Below are positions 12,841 to 25,418 of a stretch of 64,000 bases of DNA, one piece after another. Source of the DNA: Lingula anatina (taxonomy: Eukaryota; Animalia; Brachiopoda); assembly GCA_051362555.1 (NCBI GenBank), contig CM120641.1:11966001-12030000 (forward strand), in the 5' to 3' direction. Under the pieces are notes generated by a model. That model made no database searches. It worked only from the letters and a program-made list of their open reading frames with translations, and was not told the DNA's origin. The position numbers and the translations under genes are program-made. Position 1 is the stretch's first letter, and the number at the start of each line of letters is the position of its first letter.

Positions 12841-13768
12841 GTCAATACCTCCATATTATCCTGTGTTAATTTGCACAAGATATTGTTAATCCCCTGCAGA
12901 GAGGGCTGGCCCATGGCATATACACTGTAACCAGCCGCGTTGCTGCGCACATTCGGAGTGTCATATGTTGCCATTGAGTTCAACTTGTCAAAATGGTCAG
13001 AAACATCTTTCACCAAAATATATTTATTCTACAATATACAAGCAAAGACCGGATTCAATGGAATCGAGAGCTTTGTTATTAATGGTGTACATTGTCAGTA
13101 ATGAAGGATACTATAAAAATCATCTGAAAATAATCATTATTTCAAACTTTTGGTTTAACTGACACAGTAAAATTAAGATGAATTCAACATTTTGTAGAAC
13201 TCTAGTCGAAAACGAACCCATTTAATTGTTCAAAAAATGACGAGGCTTTACTGATAAATGTAGATTTTCATTCTTTCTTATAATATGCTCTATCGATTCC
13301 TTCATACCCGAACTAGGGGGTGTTCTGGCAGCGAGTTTGCTATACGACCATATACGATTGGCTCTTTGAAGGTGAGGAAATGCTGAAACTCTTCTTGGCA
13401 GTTTCTGATAATAATTGGTGCCACTCTTCCAGCAGATCGTATAAGTTGACATCTCCCAGCGCACCTTTGTGCTAAAAAACAAATGTAGTTAGAATAAAAT
13501 AACAACGGTGTAGAAGAGTGAGTACCGTACTTTATCCTCAGCAGAATTCTTACACACAAGTAAACCATTGTGACAGCAAAGATCTGACTCTCTCCAAAGC
13601 CAAATAGTTTTGTCACCATGCAGAGACATAAGTTTTCATTTCTTGGGGGTATCAATACCAACCTTCTGTCGCCGTGTTTCTAGCGTGAAATTGGTCATAT
13701 ATTTGTGTCTCTCCTGTAAGCATGTCTTCCACAATAATACTTCTAGCTGAACTGGCAGAGGCACCCAT
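139..13768 (-). CDS. PALD1: Paladin-like protein/phosphoinositide phosphatase-fold protein, 5' part (continues beyond the left edge)
   Basis: Phase-consistent coding exons: 13768-13663, 13471-13308, 13028-12849, 11493-11323, 11112-10949, 10101-10026, 9553-9417, 9125-9020, 3351-3247, 2975-2880, 2288-2154, 670-554, 318-139 (1737 nt, 579 codons, no stop). The N-terminus MGASAS resembles the myristoylated paladin start. Paladin-type segments: VAPIIIRNCQEEFQ, EHPLVR, YAMGQPS, CLREDPV, YLERYFYLICFNAYLHDQ, NFRDIKKIPVYGMAQP. One intron is GC-AG. Confidence 0.88.
1076..1853. mobile_element. Non-autonomous DNA transposon with CCCAGC termini and AACGTT-rich subterminal repeats
   Basis: CCCAGCGGGCA at 1076 and TGCCTGCTGGG ending 1853. 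Many (C)AACGTT(G) units at both ends. Internal (TA)n tract. Related to 23728-23819. Confidence 0.7.
3804..5306 (+). CDS. DIRS ORF1, Gag-like protein (500 aa)
   Basis: Intact ATG-to-stop ORF in the ORF1 position. Low-complexity N-terminus, coiled-coil-like segment, PENC and LFGDNL segments typical of DIRS ORF1, basic C-terminus. Confidence 0.85.
   Translation: MSSAQTGLQSDLVGAIIAQAEASQSGAERASAKDAGSEKSTTTTKSSGNRGKRLRTPSSAYSKRAKLTKDVSFTDGAGSHGKNLNSKDAIPSETSVHEADSESRDDPNNKSNNSATHDGSAHGPRSSRSSRSHGNYSKSFSDHSVSSREVQKDMNDMKEQLCNIQQMLASLTPVVSELKRAYDASINSDQDGEPPEKRQRLILSDDEESLCEESYFRSTPANDDSNADSDSSDSPAKEKPSENQVSQPQGLQCLKNILAAVTNDEVRGPKVHDDVAKIMNTVLYKGMPKEVLEDMVKLYHPPENCTYMTQIKCNQRLWGTLRPLTKYNDKIMQNWQTNIFHGLTPFLEIADACSKHLEGEGDVPSPETLLAKMTDGFSILAAVVHDISMFRRELAKPDINEKYKALASPQNPVTKELFGDNLDANMKDIEEGLKISNKVQKKIARPRPTNIFSKPRGFPTRATARYDNKKAGSFLGGKNQRSQQNNRKNWTGKKFQKKEY
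5222..7357 (+). CDS. DIRS ORF2, reverse transcriptase-RNase H-adenine methyltransferase-like polyprotein
   Basis: The frame is open from 5204 (after TGA 5201-5203) to 7357. RT motifs LDLKHAY, LPNGL and YLDD. RNase H motifs TDAS, ELRA and DNTTAV. MT-like motifs DLFAS and YAFPPF. There is no in-frame ATG until 5612, so the start given here is the proposed frameshift site. Confidence 0.92.
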   Translation, partial: FFRREEPEKSTEQQEKLDREKVPEERVLGNTHVSQPFVAGNIKQSLLEWQKLTSDPVILSYVVGVKLDFTEQPVQDFEPNSLNFSSAEQLIVDSEIKKLLDKGVIISSNEEPGQFVSPIFLRPKKDGTHRMILNLRKLNSCIKYHHFKMDTVQTCLNLMTPNCYLASLDLKHAYYSVPVAPEFQKYLKFRWKGSLFSYVALPNGLASAPRIWTKLLKPVLAQLRSKAYISSIYLDDLYLQGETKEACEENVRETVQLLSKLGFVIHEQKSTLVPVQIMDHLGFTLNSRSMTVMLTSERRANIVSKLMDRMKKPKCTIRQGAQLIGSLVSALPGVQYGELHYRSLEMDKILALKKNRGNFDAHMIFSNKAITDIVWWIDNINLAKNLRRSNPDCIIQTDASKMGWGAVLQESTTGGRWQKCEMTKHINFLELRAAQLGLRSFQKDICGKHVQLQMDNTTAVAYIRNMGGTHSSECNEITLSIWKWAIKHNIWLSATHIPGVLNVVADKHSRYFNDRTEWSLSPSIFEHLAAFLGRPSVDLFASRLNHKTELYYAWKPDPHALAIDAFQQSWSVNLNYAFPPFSMLNQVLQKLQTDQADILLIAPLWATQPWFPVLLQMLYREPVLLPPTHKILSLPHKKGEVHPLSDKMRLMACLLSGKAYKKRVFQAKLKTLLCNLGGLAHENSTTPTSKNGLITALNSIMIPFSQVCHKY
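6928..8157 (+). pseudogene. DIRS ORF3, tyrosine recombinase, interrupted by one in-frame TGA (7462-7464)
   Basis: ORFs 6928-7464 and 7627-8157 share a frame, and 7465-7626 is open (SNQLIKRFIKGVFHSRPSFPRY). Catalytic motifs SGQR, HSTR, AGWS and FY are present. Overlaps pol at 6928-7357. Confidence 0.9.
8257..8376. repeat. DIRS internal complementary region (ICR)
   Basis: 8257-8295 is the exact reverse complement of 3588-3626. 8294-8376 is the exact reverse complement of 8473-8555. Together they spell the circle junction. Confidence 0.95.
10274..10561. mobile_element. Fold-back MITE in a paladin intron
   Basis: 10296-10350 (gatccacggactaacagatccgcggactaaatatagccgaccc...) is an imperfect inverted repeat of 10484-10540. 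GC-rich interior. Confidence 0.6.
12640..12840. repeat. Compound microsatellite (CA/CG/TATC/CT/TA/CA)
   Basis: Successive di- and tetranucleotide runs next to the donor of the 13028-12849 exon. Confidence 0.95.
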
Positions 13769-14946
13769 ACCTGGCATATAGAAGTAATTAAAACAAGTAG
13801 TATTAAACAATTCTCGGTGGTTAGTTAGTTAAGATAAATATATTTAATATTTTGATTGTTTTATAGTCCCAAAAGTATAATTGATAACAATAATTTCATT
13901 TATTGTAACAGGCACTATCATTCAACAAGAAACACAAGACCTACTTACTGGTAATTTAAGGTTTGCTAACAAGAATGCGAAAAAAGATTTTGCACAAAAA
14001 TATGTATATTCTGATTAAGCTATGTGACCATAGTACAATACCTTCTGCCCTTACTATAGTACTTCAACATGCGGCTAAAGAATACTATTACATACACGTA
14101 TATTGCATGATAGGAAAAGCATAGTAACAATCGTTTATCACAACAAATTTCTTACATACCCCTAGTATACAACTGCCATCATGAACATGTACAACAACAT
14201 GATACAAGTGTTCTTTTTATCACACTTTTATCGCTAAAATAAGTCACATTAGAAGTCCTTCCAAAATCTACAATGAATTAACACAAATGTAAATAAATAG
14301 GCCTAAATAGAGAATGAAATTGTTAAACGAAACGAAGAATCAGGATGTGTGTATCGCTGTGAATATTGTTTCTCCGCACCTCAGTTTCTGTCCGAAGTGC
14401 TTTTGACCGGCAAATGATCCAAAATATATTGATCATAAGGACGATTTATGTACAATAAGCATCAAGAAAACGTGCATACACGTGTATAGTAACCATGGCC
14501 TACACTTTCCATCTCTTTTTTTTTGTACGTAGATCAACATTACCTAATATAACGAAAAACTAATCATAAAGATGTGCATTGGCATCGATATTTTCCTTCT
14601 TATGTTCATTCATTTCTTCATATTTTAGAATGTATTTACAAAACATATTGTATTACTAGCATTTGTGAACCAAACACGCGTTTTTTATCATACTATTTGT
14701 CTATGAACGGGTGTACCCGTTTGTCTTTTCTATACAGCCACGTCTATACCGTGAACACTCGGTGTACAGAGCAATGAACACCTTCCTGTCGTTCTAAACA
14801 TGTACGCATCTCCAGAAAGAGATCTTTATCGCTCCTTGTCCACTTGTCCATTATAACACGATATACCAAATATATGGATTACGATCCACTTTCACAAAAA
14901 GGCTGAAGTACAGTATTGCATTTCCCTGTCATGAATATTTACTCAC

Positions 14947-15100
14947 CTTAAACCTTGACCATGTGCTCCCAGATCAGTGCCACTGCCAGAGCATACAGAA
15001 TTGTTCTGTCGCAACCTGTTAACTTGTGACAACCTGAGGTGCCGGCAATACACAGTATGTGATAACCATCGCACAACAATTTACACGGTTTGAGGAAGAA
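14947..15100 (-). other. Probable non-coding 5' exon of the paladin-like gene
   Basis: Strong minus-strand donor AAG|GTGAGT at 14947/14946. The first coding exon begins at an acceptor (13773-13771) two bases before the ATG, so an upstream exon is required. The 5' boundary is a guess. Confidence 0.45.
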
Positions 15101-17208
15101 CCAATCAATATGATTAGGCCTAAACAGACTCTATGTTATTCTAGGTAATCTTGAACAGACATTTTTGTTCAAACACTGTAGGGTGACTGCAAGACTAGAA
15201 TACAATGCATCGTTGACAACGTTGTACTGCAGGTCCAAACAACGGGAATATTAAATTTGTTTTGTTGTTTATTTCATATGTCAAAGCTAATACCAAGTAT
15301 AACATTTCAGGTACCATAACATATCACACGACCGTACGGATATGATAAATTTTTATGCTACATGACATGCTGTTGTAATGAGATCAAGCGTTCCATCTGA
15401 GTCTATGAAGAAAAATGTATCGAGACAATGGCACAGCAATAAAGATGCTTTCAGCACTAATTGTCAGTACAGTAAACTTGCCCTGTTACGCATGTTGGAA
15501 AAAATCTACATAATATATACTCACAATGTAAAATAATTGACTTGATCGAATATTAAAGATGAATACTGGTTTGTACACACCCGTTTTACAAATATATGAC
15601 AATGTAGGTAAAAATGTCATAGAAACTGAAAAATAAGGATGTAGCCTACACCGCCATATTGCTCTAAATATCTTATATTGGAGCTATGATTACATCTTGA
15701 AGCACGGGTTTTGTGCGAAGTGCATTTGTATTACTTTGCTGTGATTCTACTCGACATCGTGTTTTAAGGATTATCTCCTTAAGCAGGCATGCTTCATCTT
15801 TATCCTGAGATTTATTGATTTATCAGTTGTGTTGCTTAATCAAGCAGACAACAGAACGAAGTGTAAGAAATATTACCCGAGTAAGTTAGATGGTATATTG
15901 GAAAGTTACTTAGGTGGAAATAATACGCACTAGACTTTCATATTTAAAAAAATGGAAATTTCAGAACTTTGCCAATCAAAAAGATATATACTATTAAAAC
16001 CGTTCACAGAAATATGATCCATACACCCGTAATGGAGGAAAAGACTGACGACTTTCACTCTTGACCTGTAAAGATTGGTCACTCTATTACAAAGATACCG
16101 CAAACGGGTTTATGTATATATAATAATTATTTTCAACAGTTTAGTACACACATAAAAGGAAAGTTGGCCTTAGATGTATAGCATGTGTTTATCCCATTTT
16201 CTTAAGTGCAACGTCACAAAATTCACGCAGGATCTAAGTGGGGTTTATATTCAAAAGAACATTTATGAACATTCTAGAATTCGGAACAACAATGTAGAAT
16301 TTGGTAGACTATGGCACTGTAATAACTTCTAGAAGCTTCTATATCCTAGAAATTTCTAGAACTAAACAACTGAGGTTATATAATACATTTTAGGGCTCTT
16401 TCCGTCATAACTGTTTATTACTGCTTACTGGATACTGTTTGTTGTAGTCATTGCAACAACTTGGAATTGCAATACCGATTATCACGCAGATTATCACGCT
16501 GCTGGATTTACAATTTTGTAACTTGGGCACTTATTATAAAATAAAGAATAGAAACCTGTTTTGCGATTTAAAACACCTAAAAAGGTTTTTTATGTACTAA
16601 CATACCACTGACAGAAATATTTCTCACACAAGCGAATATACAAATACTAACCGCACATACAGGCAAGGAGACAAAAACTGAATAAATAAGGGGTATATTT
16701 AACTTCATGTACCGTAAGTAATGCAACGACTGGGATACATATCTTTAAAATCACACATGCGCAATAATCGAAGTTATCAAGTCTTACAAAGTGAAGTAAT
16801 TAAGTACTGAGTTCACAGAGAAACCTGTTCATCTGGGCTAAAATATATACATTTTATGGATTATCTGCAATAAAATCAAATTTAGAGGTAAAGATATTTG
16901 AACAAATTAATATTAGAAATAAAATCAAATGATGCATTTTCCTTTAGTATTTCTTTCCAAACCCTTCAGACCAGCTGCAATTTGTCTATCAAAATTATCA
17001 AACGAAGCGGAATTCAAATTATGATATTCTTATCTTACTGGAAAACAACAATTAAATAGCTTTAAAAGGCAAAGAAGAGCAATGAAAGAAAATAAGCCTA
17101 TTTCGTGTGACATTAAAAGATGACGTAAAATGTTTCATAATTCTCAAAATATTCAAAACATTGAAAAAGGCACGAATGGCTCCACGTGCATGTATAAAAC
17201 ACTGCCAT

Positions 17209-17388
17209 TAGGGAGAGGGGCTAGTTGGACCCCGGGGTAAGTTGGCCCCCATCAAGTCTCTGTAATAAAGTTACTTTAAGATGCTAAATTATTTCATTTG
17301 GACTCACTGCCGACGCTTTCATAGCACTATTGGATACGGTCACTTTACAAAATGATTTGATCAATTCTTCTAGCCCCGGTCTCCCCTA
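17209..17388. mobile_element. Short MITE with TAGGG(G)AGA..GGGGCTAG termini
   Basis: tagggagaggggctag at 17209 and ctagccccggtctcccta ending 17388. TA at both outer ends, compatible with a Tc1/mariner-pogo derivative (inference). Confidence 0.6.
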
Positions 17389-19461
17389 TGTACCATATGT
17401 AAATCTCAAAACAAAAATGCTTGCATCAATTTCTGAAATAGAAAAAGAGTACAGTCGAAGGCTCGAAAGACATGGAAGACGCACGAACAGAAAACGATAA
17501 CAAAACCATTATTCGAGAACACACTACTTGAACTGAATTCATATACATTGTTTTATTAATATAGTAACACTCATAATGCACCCTGATTCTTAGCATGTCT
17601 TTCAGTTTAATGTTTACAGACAGACAGCAAGAAGATAACAATGTGGTATCAAAATAAACCGCTTACCAATACAGAGAGTGGCAGATTATAATTAAATATA
17701 GCAAAAGGATAATAGTCACACAGTGAGCCAGAGGCTATTATATATATAAATAAGAGATTATTAACAGTTGGCTTACTTCACTCATATAAACGGTAAAAAA
17801 GGTAATGTAGACCTTGAACTTGGTTTTGAAAGTAGACATCACAAGCAGTGTACTGAAAGAGCTGAATGCGACAGGAGAGAAACGGTATTTCACACCCAAA
17901 AAACCAGAGACTGCTGCATTGCGTGGTTTTCCTTTGGCTCTCGACCAATTTCAAGTTTAAGTAAAACACCTATGCGTATGTTCATGTGTGTTTACTGATC
18001 CGGTAAGGTAGTCCTAAACAACGTTTTTGCTGTGACTGTCTTTAATTTACGTTAAATAATCCTTCTCTAGGGCACATATTGATATGGCACTAGAATCGCA
18101 GTACCGAGAACATCCTACAATTTAAAGGAGTTTACTCCCAGCCAGCAGATTCAAATGTGATTTATGAAATCGCCAAAACTTACAGTTTTACACGAATGTC
18201 AGGCGACAAGAAATTCTCTCTAATCACATGGTGAAAACTGTATATTTAAGGAAAAATTAAGAATTTTGATGAAAATGTATTTTTTTACATTTCCATATGA
18301 CCAAGTGCTGTTTGGTTAAGAAGGTTGGCGAGTGTTAGATTTATAGCAAATCTGAAGCAGGAAGTTGATATTTATCCTCCACCTCTTGCACTAGGGTTGT
18401 AGGGGAAAATAAAAAATAACACAAATGAGTGTAAACATCACAACCGAAGAAAGTATAACCTTCCAAACTGACCTAAACACGTGCGTTACATCGTAAAAGT
18501 ATAGTGAAATGAAAAAAAGCAGAGGAGAGGTTATTGCCGCTGTAAGAAACACCTCTTGGCACCCAAGACGCGTCCTGAGATCAAAGCAACTTTCATTTAC
18601 ACCTAATCTCTAAATCTACATCTCCCCTATCAAAAGAATATTTATAGGCCCTACTAGTCAGAATCCTGGAAAACAACAAAGCTCCTGGAAAACAACATCA
18701 GCACCTAAACCCATATACGGTGGTTCCAAAGGTCATCGAAGTCGAACAGGCATGGATTACTTAAGGAAAACAAGGCATTAAAAGCTTTCAAATGAATGGG
18801 TATATTAGAGCCATAACTGATAAAAGCAGTAACATTTAAACAGTCTTATAATGATGAACAGTCAATTCATCGATGGAAGTGTACTAAATAGATAATTAAA
18901 AGTAACACCTACAAATTGCAAATTTGTAAAGCTTATAAATCATTAAAAAGATGTATTGCTTCAAAACAATCCAATTAGACTTGTTTTCGTGCTCTAGCTA
19001 TATTTTAGTCCTATAGACCGTTCCTGTGATTTTAAGTATAGCCTAATATTTATTTCTGTAATTGTGATTACGATGACAATGCACAAAATACGTTCTTGCA
19101 AATATTGATACAATATTACATAATGCTTAAAATAATCACTTTCAATTTTCAAATATGCACCACTTTTACTGCAGACATTCAGATGTTTGTGGCACAGGGC
19201 TTTAGACACGCGGGAGTATAACCTGCAAACTGATAATTTGTGAAAAAAAAGAAGAAAAACACACACACACACACACACACAACATTTTTTTCTGCTGAAT
19301 TTCGAATTCGAAGTGCATTTTTGTCTTGAAAACCATTTATGTAGCCAAATATTCACGAGCACAACGAAGCTCTGTCTTTGTTTATAGGTAAACAAGATAA
19401 AGTTCATAGACTGAAAATTGTCATATATTAATGACAAAAAATGATAAGATACAAAGTTACA

Positions 19462-19755
19462 AAAATGGGGGGATAATCTTATATCCCAAATACTATATAA
19501 CTGCCATAATGTTAAATTAATGAAGTAGGATAATTAGTGCAACCAAGAAAAATATGTGAAACAACAGCAGCTATTGAAGCAAAAATATGACGCAAATGAA
19601 AAACAGATGTGGGGGATAATCATAGATCCCCATACTAAAGAACTACCATAATATATTATTACTCAAGTATGGGTGAATGAATGCAACCAACGTTCAGAAA
19701 ATTGACGACATCACGAAAAATATGTGTAACAACAAAAGCTATTGGAGCAAAAAGT
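19462..19755. repeat. Diverged ~145-bp tandem duplication
   Basis: Two copies of ggggataatc..tccc..atact..ccataat..tgcaaccaa..aaaaatatgtg..acaaca..agctattg.agcaaaaa. A partial third copy lies near 20068-20120. Confidence 0.7.
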
Positions 19756-21250
19756 TGGTTCAAGTGTAAAATAAAGGCTCAGAATAGAGCAAAAAGGAAT
19801 ACTAGAGAAAAACCCAAGGACGAAGGCAGGTGATATGGGATGGTGGAGGGCGTCCAAATAAAAATGAAACAAAATCTAAGTCATCTTCTAGTGTAGCTGC
19901 TAAAACTGCACTAGGGAACAATGCGGGTAAATATCACGACAGCCAAAAAGCTGAATGACTTTTCACTGATGCAGCTCGATAGAAATAAATGCCAAAATTG
20001 ATCAAAACAATTAAATATGTGTGTGCCTAGATACACAGCGGCTAAGACACACACACACACACACACATATATAACTGCCATAATATAAAATTAATAAATT
20101 AATATGAGTGCAAACTAGGCACAAATGAAAAATTAGGCCATAGATGTGCGAGAAGCTCACATCCCCGCAGCTTTGTCCAGACTCGTGTCTGTTCATAAAA
20201 GAAAGTATACGACGATGCATTCTGATAGCAAGTAAAATCAAAGTGAAAATTTCCTGATGGATTCCGAAAATATCAAAAAATAATTGCTTTCTGTAAGTCG
20301 ATGGAAAAGAAATCGATGGCGGTCCTCGAATTGATTACCAGAAATCCCCTTGACGTAAGGTGCTAAATGAATTCCACCATAGGTGTAGAAGGGTGTGAGG
20401 ATGTATGAAGCCAAAACAATAAGCGGATCAAAATACATTCGAAACTGACCTTTTAATACAGGAAGGATAAAAATTGTATCAGAAGAACGTCTGGTTTAGT
20501 GTCGCAGGCCTTAATTGACTGTGGACACTTATGAAACGAAGGTCATTCATTCATTTATTATAGTGTTATGTGTTACAGTGTATATCAAAACACCCGGCCC
20601 TTGTAACTTTGCCTGAATCATAATGTTTGCATTTCATAGATCCACCACGGGAGTACATGTAGATAGATATGTTAAATCCAGACTGTTACAAATTGCTGTT
20701 GTTCCGTCCCAATGAATAATTGAATGAATGAATGCATGAATGACTGAATGATTGAATGAATGAATAATAATAATAATGATGATAATAATACATCAAGCAA
20801 TTAACAAACAAATAAATAAATAAACATAATGACATTAAAATTTTAAAGTAAGCCATTACCCATTTTATCACAAGAAAAGAGAGTAATTCAATGTTTATAT
20901 CCAATAGAATAGCGATCTCCAATTATGTTTACTCGCATGCGACTAAATTATTGATAATTTGGTTATTAAGGTTATCATTTATGTACAAAAATGGTATTGG
21001 TTTACATTGCATCACATATTATGAGCCAATAATAAAAATATCCAACTAGTATTTTGGTCTTATTCTGCAGCTTGAAGGTTTGCTGTGCATATTGGGAAAC
21101 GTCAGCCTTAAGCGTGGGTGCATGCTTTGCTTTTCAGTGCAACCACTACTTTCAGTACTTAGTCGTGTTGAACCAATTGAAAGACTCGGGGTATAAAACG
21201 TTGTGGCAAATTGATCTGAACATACGGTCTGGTCCAGGTAGAATGCCAAC

Positions 21251-22814
21251 ATGACTTTGAATAACCTTAGTGGCGATAGCTTCAATGGAACTCTTGCTAA
21301 TTCGGTGCATCTTACAACTACAGAACACATTGTTATAGCTGTAATTATGCTCAACCTTTCCTTTTTGGGAATGGTGATGAACGTCGGTGTGATTCTTACA
21401 TATATTCTGAACAAGGAGTTACAGAATTCTGTCAATATGTTCATAGCGTCATTGTCGGTTGGAGATGCTTTGATGTCGTTTTTAGCAGTTTTGGTGGCCG
21501 TAAATAACTTTGCCGAAGAATGGCTTTACGGGGATGCAGGGTGCACGTTTTACGCGTTTTCCATGACCTTTTTGGGTCTCGCCGCTATAAACCAAATGAG
21601 CGCAGTGGCCGCTGATAGGTACGTTGTGGTCACACGACCCCACTCAGTACTGGTTGAGAAACCAGCAGCAGTCACAACGATCGTCATATGCTGGCTAGCG
21701 GCGGGAATTTGGGCTGTAATGCCCCTTGTGGGATGGAGCTCTTATCAGCCGGAGGCAGATGGCACCCATTGCAGCATCCACTGGGAAACAGAGGATGAAA
21801 ACGCTAGAAGCTACATCATATCATTGTTTGTTCTTGAGTTTTTCTTGCCTATAGTTATCATATGTTTTTGCTACGGTAACATCTTCCACAAGGTAAGAAA
21901 TTGTTTTATACTGCACTGTTTAATGGGATATGGTTTATCAAGAAGTAGAATAACAGAGACGAATGGTGTTTCATATGGTTTCTGACTCGATACGACATTT
22001 TAAACATGACAATAATGACAAATTGATATTTGTTAATTGATTTTACAAATCCACGCTCCTTCTCATTCATGTGTTCGATTAGGTCTTGAATCATGCTTTC
22101 ATACGCTGTCATTAATCTGTGCACCCCAAAATCCAATGTTTATGTTTTTCATTCTGCTTCAGCCTAAAAAAAAACGTTCAATTTTACGTTTTTTTTTTTT
22201 TTGGTTTGGCATAACCGCCTATTTTCTTTTTATTTATTCTGTAAGCAAAAGCCAAATACCTGTGCTAAAAGACAAGTTCATGTTTCCAGATGTGAAGCTA
22301 AGTCTCTCACTGGTGATTTCTTTAGTGAACGCTCATTTCATCGTGCAAACCTTATTGTCCTCACGAACATCCCTTAATATTTGACGTCCTGGATTCCCAG
22401 ATAATTTTATATTACGATGCTCTTCAATGAAACACTATTTGTGCACATATTTGCGTCTTCCAGATGTTAACTGTTATTGACGACCAATATTGCATTTAAG
22501 TGCACAGTCGAGTTGTTACTCACACCTACTCAATAGTCCATGACCCAATGTTCTTCCCTGTAATGTTTTATTTACAGAAATGTTTTTCTTGTAGATATAA
22601 AAACATCCTTAGCTTTGTTTCTACTTTTGAGCAAGACATTGATCTTTTTTGAAGGAAAATCGTTTTTTGAAGAAAAAGGTTTAGCATTTCAGCAACTCGA
22701 CTAACAAGTTATCACGTCAAAGTATATTTCTGTCGCCCTTAACGTTCAATATCCCATTACATGTATTATTAATTTCATTGATAATTAAGACAATTGTATA
22801 ATATGGTAAATGAC

Positions 22815-22855
<41 letters not shown>

Positions 22856-25373
22856 ACGTTAAGAGAGCTGGAAAGGGAAATTCATAAACGAAATAATTAA
22901 AAAAAGACATTTAAGACATTTACGTCCAGAAATATAATAATTATAACCCGAGATCACAGGAGTCTAATGATCCCCAATGAAAAGTATGTACAGTTTGGTA
23001 TGCAGTGGTACATATTCCCCATATCAATTCGACAAGAGAAAGGCTGTGTTTGACGACCAGTCAGTTGCTTTCCACAAGAAGAAACATTTAGATAACAATT
23101 ACAGGACATCAGATTTGTGGTCAAAATGGAAAACCCTGTTTTAAACCCTGTTACGACGGGCTTTACGAAAAGACTGCAATATACATAATCCATTAACACT
23201 GATGTATGAATTTGATGTTGATTATAAAATATTGTCATAGTCCAAACTTCGATTTGGGGTGAGAATGGAGCAGTCACAGCCCAGCGTAACAGGGACTACA
23301 AAAACATATACATCTCACCCAGCAAACCTCTTAACAGGTACCCCCCCCCCCCCCCCAAAAAAAAAAATGTTATGAAAATAGATTTCTTTCACTAGATTTT
23401 CACAGATACTTCTCTGGCTACTTATTACGTAGGCTACACTTTTCTGCACTGTACTGCCCACCAGTTAGTTTTGCACATAATTGACGGCATCTGTCACTTG
23501 GGCTCTGGAAAAGAGTATCAGGGGACCGTGTATATATACGCACTTTTGAGAACAGACAGACGGTCAACTGGGATTTTTATCATATACAAATGGACAAACT
23601 TACCCACATACACATACTTGATGAACGAAGGCAGTGTAATTTAAAATAAAATAAAATTATGTCATCTTGTAAAAGAAAATTGTAAATACATGTATACCAA
23701 AAGATGATTATATAAAAATGGGGTTTACCCAGCAAGCACATAACGTTATTATGACGTTACCATAACGTTTATATAACCAACGTTATGGCAACGTTATAAA
23801 ACGTTATGTGTTTGCCGGGTTATTAGTCACTTGCATGATTCCGGGGCTAATCTTATAAGTGCTCCCGACCGAGATGAGTAGCTTAAGGTAGATCAATACG
23901 TAGGGTCTGTTACCTTATCAGCTTTGATAATGAAGAAAGAAAAAAAAGTGTCACGTTGTGAGTAATGCTGTCACATCAAAAATATCTAGTGGTGAATTTT
24001 CCAATTAGAGTGTGGTGAAAATTGTGTTTTCGATTTCAAACATTAATCCCTTTTTAATCACACACATAAGCACCACAATCTGGTGCCAGTGAATCATCTT
24101 GTGGGCTTACATCTAATAAACAAGTAAGATTAAAAAAAAAGTCTGGCACCGATCGCAATTCACACCCTGGTCGCCAGCCATGCCAATTTTCAGACTGCGT
24201 TACCGGGTTACGACGCGAACCAATCACTGTCTTACACCAATTTACAAAGTAGTTTAATTGACAATAAACGGGGTTAGAGTTTAAAAGCAGAAATGCGTGA
24301 GGTGGAGAATAATTAAAACAACGAAAAAAAAAGGATTTTTGCTCTTAAAGCGTTTAATTATTTCACAGTAATAACTAGAAAAGTATTTTACAAAAAAGGA
24401 AACGGTGGAATGGGTATTTTGACCAAATCCAAATCAGGCCACTTTTTACATCTAGCTTAACTCTATGGCCCTCTATTATTTGGGGCATTCTTACTGACCT
24501 ACTGTCTACTGACATGTTGTCTACTGTCGTTTTGTCTACTAACCTATTGTTGACTCACATACAAATGTACATCTAGCTTCTAGACTTTTAATTATAGATT
24601 ACATGTATACCGAACCTCGAACCAACATAATATGCATTTTTCATTCGAAGTTAATCTAAATATAGACGATACATTCAAACCAATTGTCGAGCATGTCTTT
24701 AAGTGTTTCCATATGCTTCTTGAAATGGCCCTTAACATATTGCCTTTTAATAACATAGCCTCTCTGGCAGTTGTCTCCAAGCTCCTACTTTGAGTATGGA
24801 AGTACATCCATGCTTTGAGATAGAATGAACGCCTCGATAATTACTTTCCTGTATGTCGCATACAGTGGACGACTCGTGTTGTAACTAGTGCTAACTGTTT
24901 ACGTCAGTTATACGTGTTGCAAAAGTTACATCTAATGATTGGAATGGGTCACACCCGTAGGCACTCCGTATTACGGTAGACTTTGATTAAATTGGTATCT
25001 GTTTGCAATAGCATCAGTTAGTAAGGTACCAGAAAGTAGGGCTTCGCCATACTTCGTTTTAATCAATAGCAGGGTGCAAAACTGAAATCGTGGCTAGTAA
25101 ATCACATAGAATATATTGTGTGGGCCGTGAACACAAAGAATCTCAAATCATGTAAGAACTCCTACTTAACACATTTTATATTTCGAATGCAGTTAGGTGT
25201 ACTTCATGATACAAACATTTATTCTATGGGAATATCGGGCAGACACTTGCAAGTCAATAAGATATATCGAAGTAAGAAAATAACTCCAAGTGGGCCGTAT
25301 AAATAATAGCGAAAAAAAAATCAATGGTACAGCAGAGAAAACAGATATTGGTTTATTCATTAAATTTCTGTTG

Positions 25374-25418
<45 letters not shown>

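Noticed and set aside
18050-20700. Scattered TAATCC/GGATTA sites as an opsin photoreceptor enhancer
   Set aside because: The few hexamers are unclustered and expected by chance in AT-rich DNA.
21893-21985. C-terminal 30 aa of the 244-aa ORF, suggesting a truncated 5-TM opsin
   Set aside because: This is read-through into the intron after AAG|GTAAGA. TM6 and TM7 are encoded at 26885-27491.
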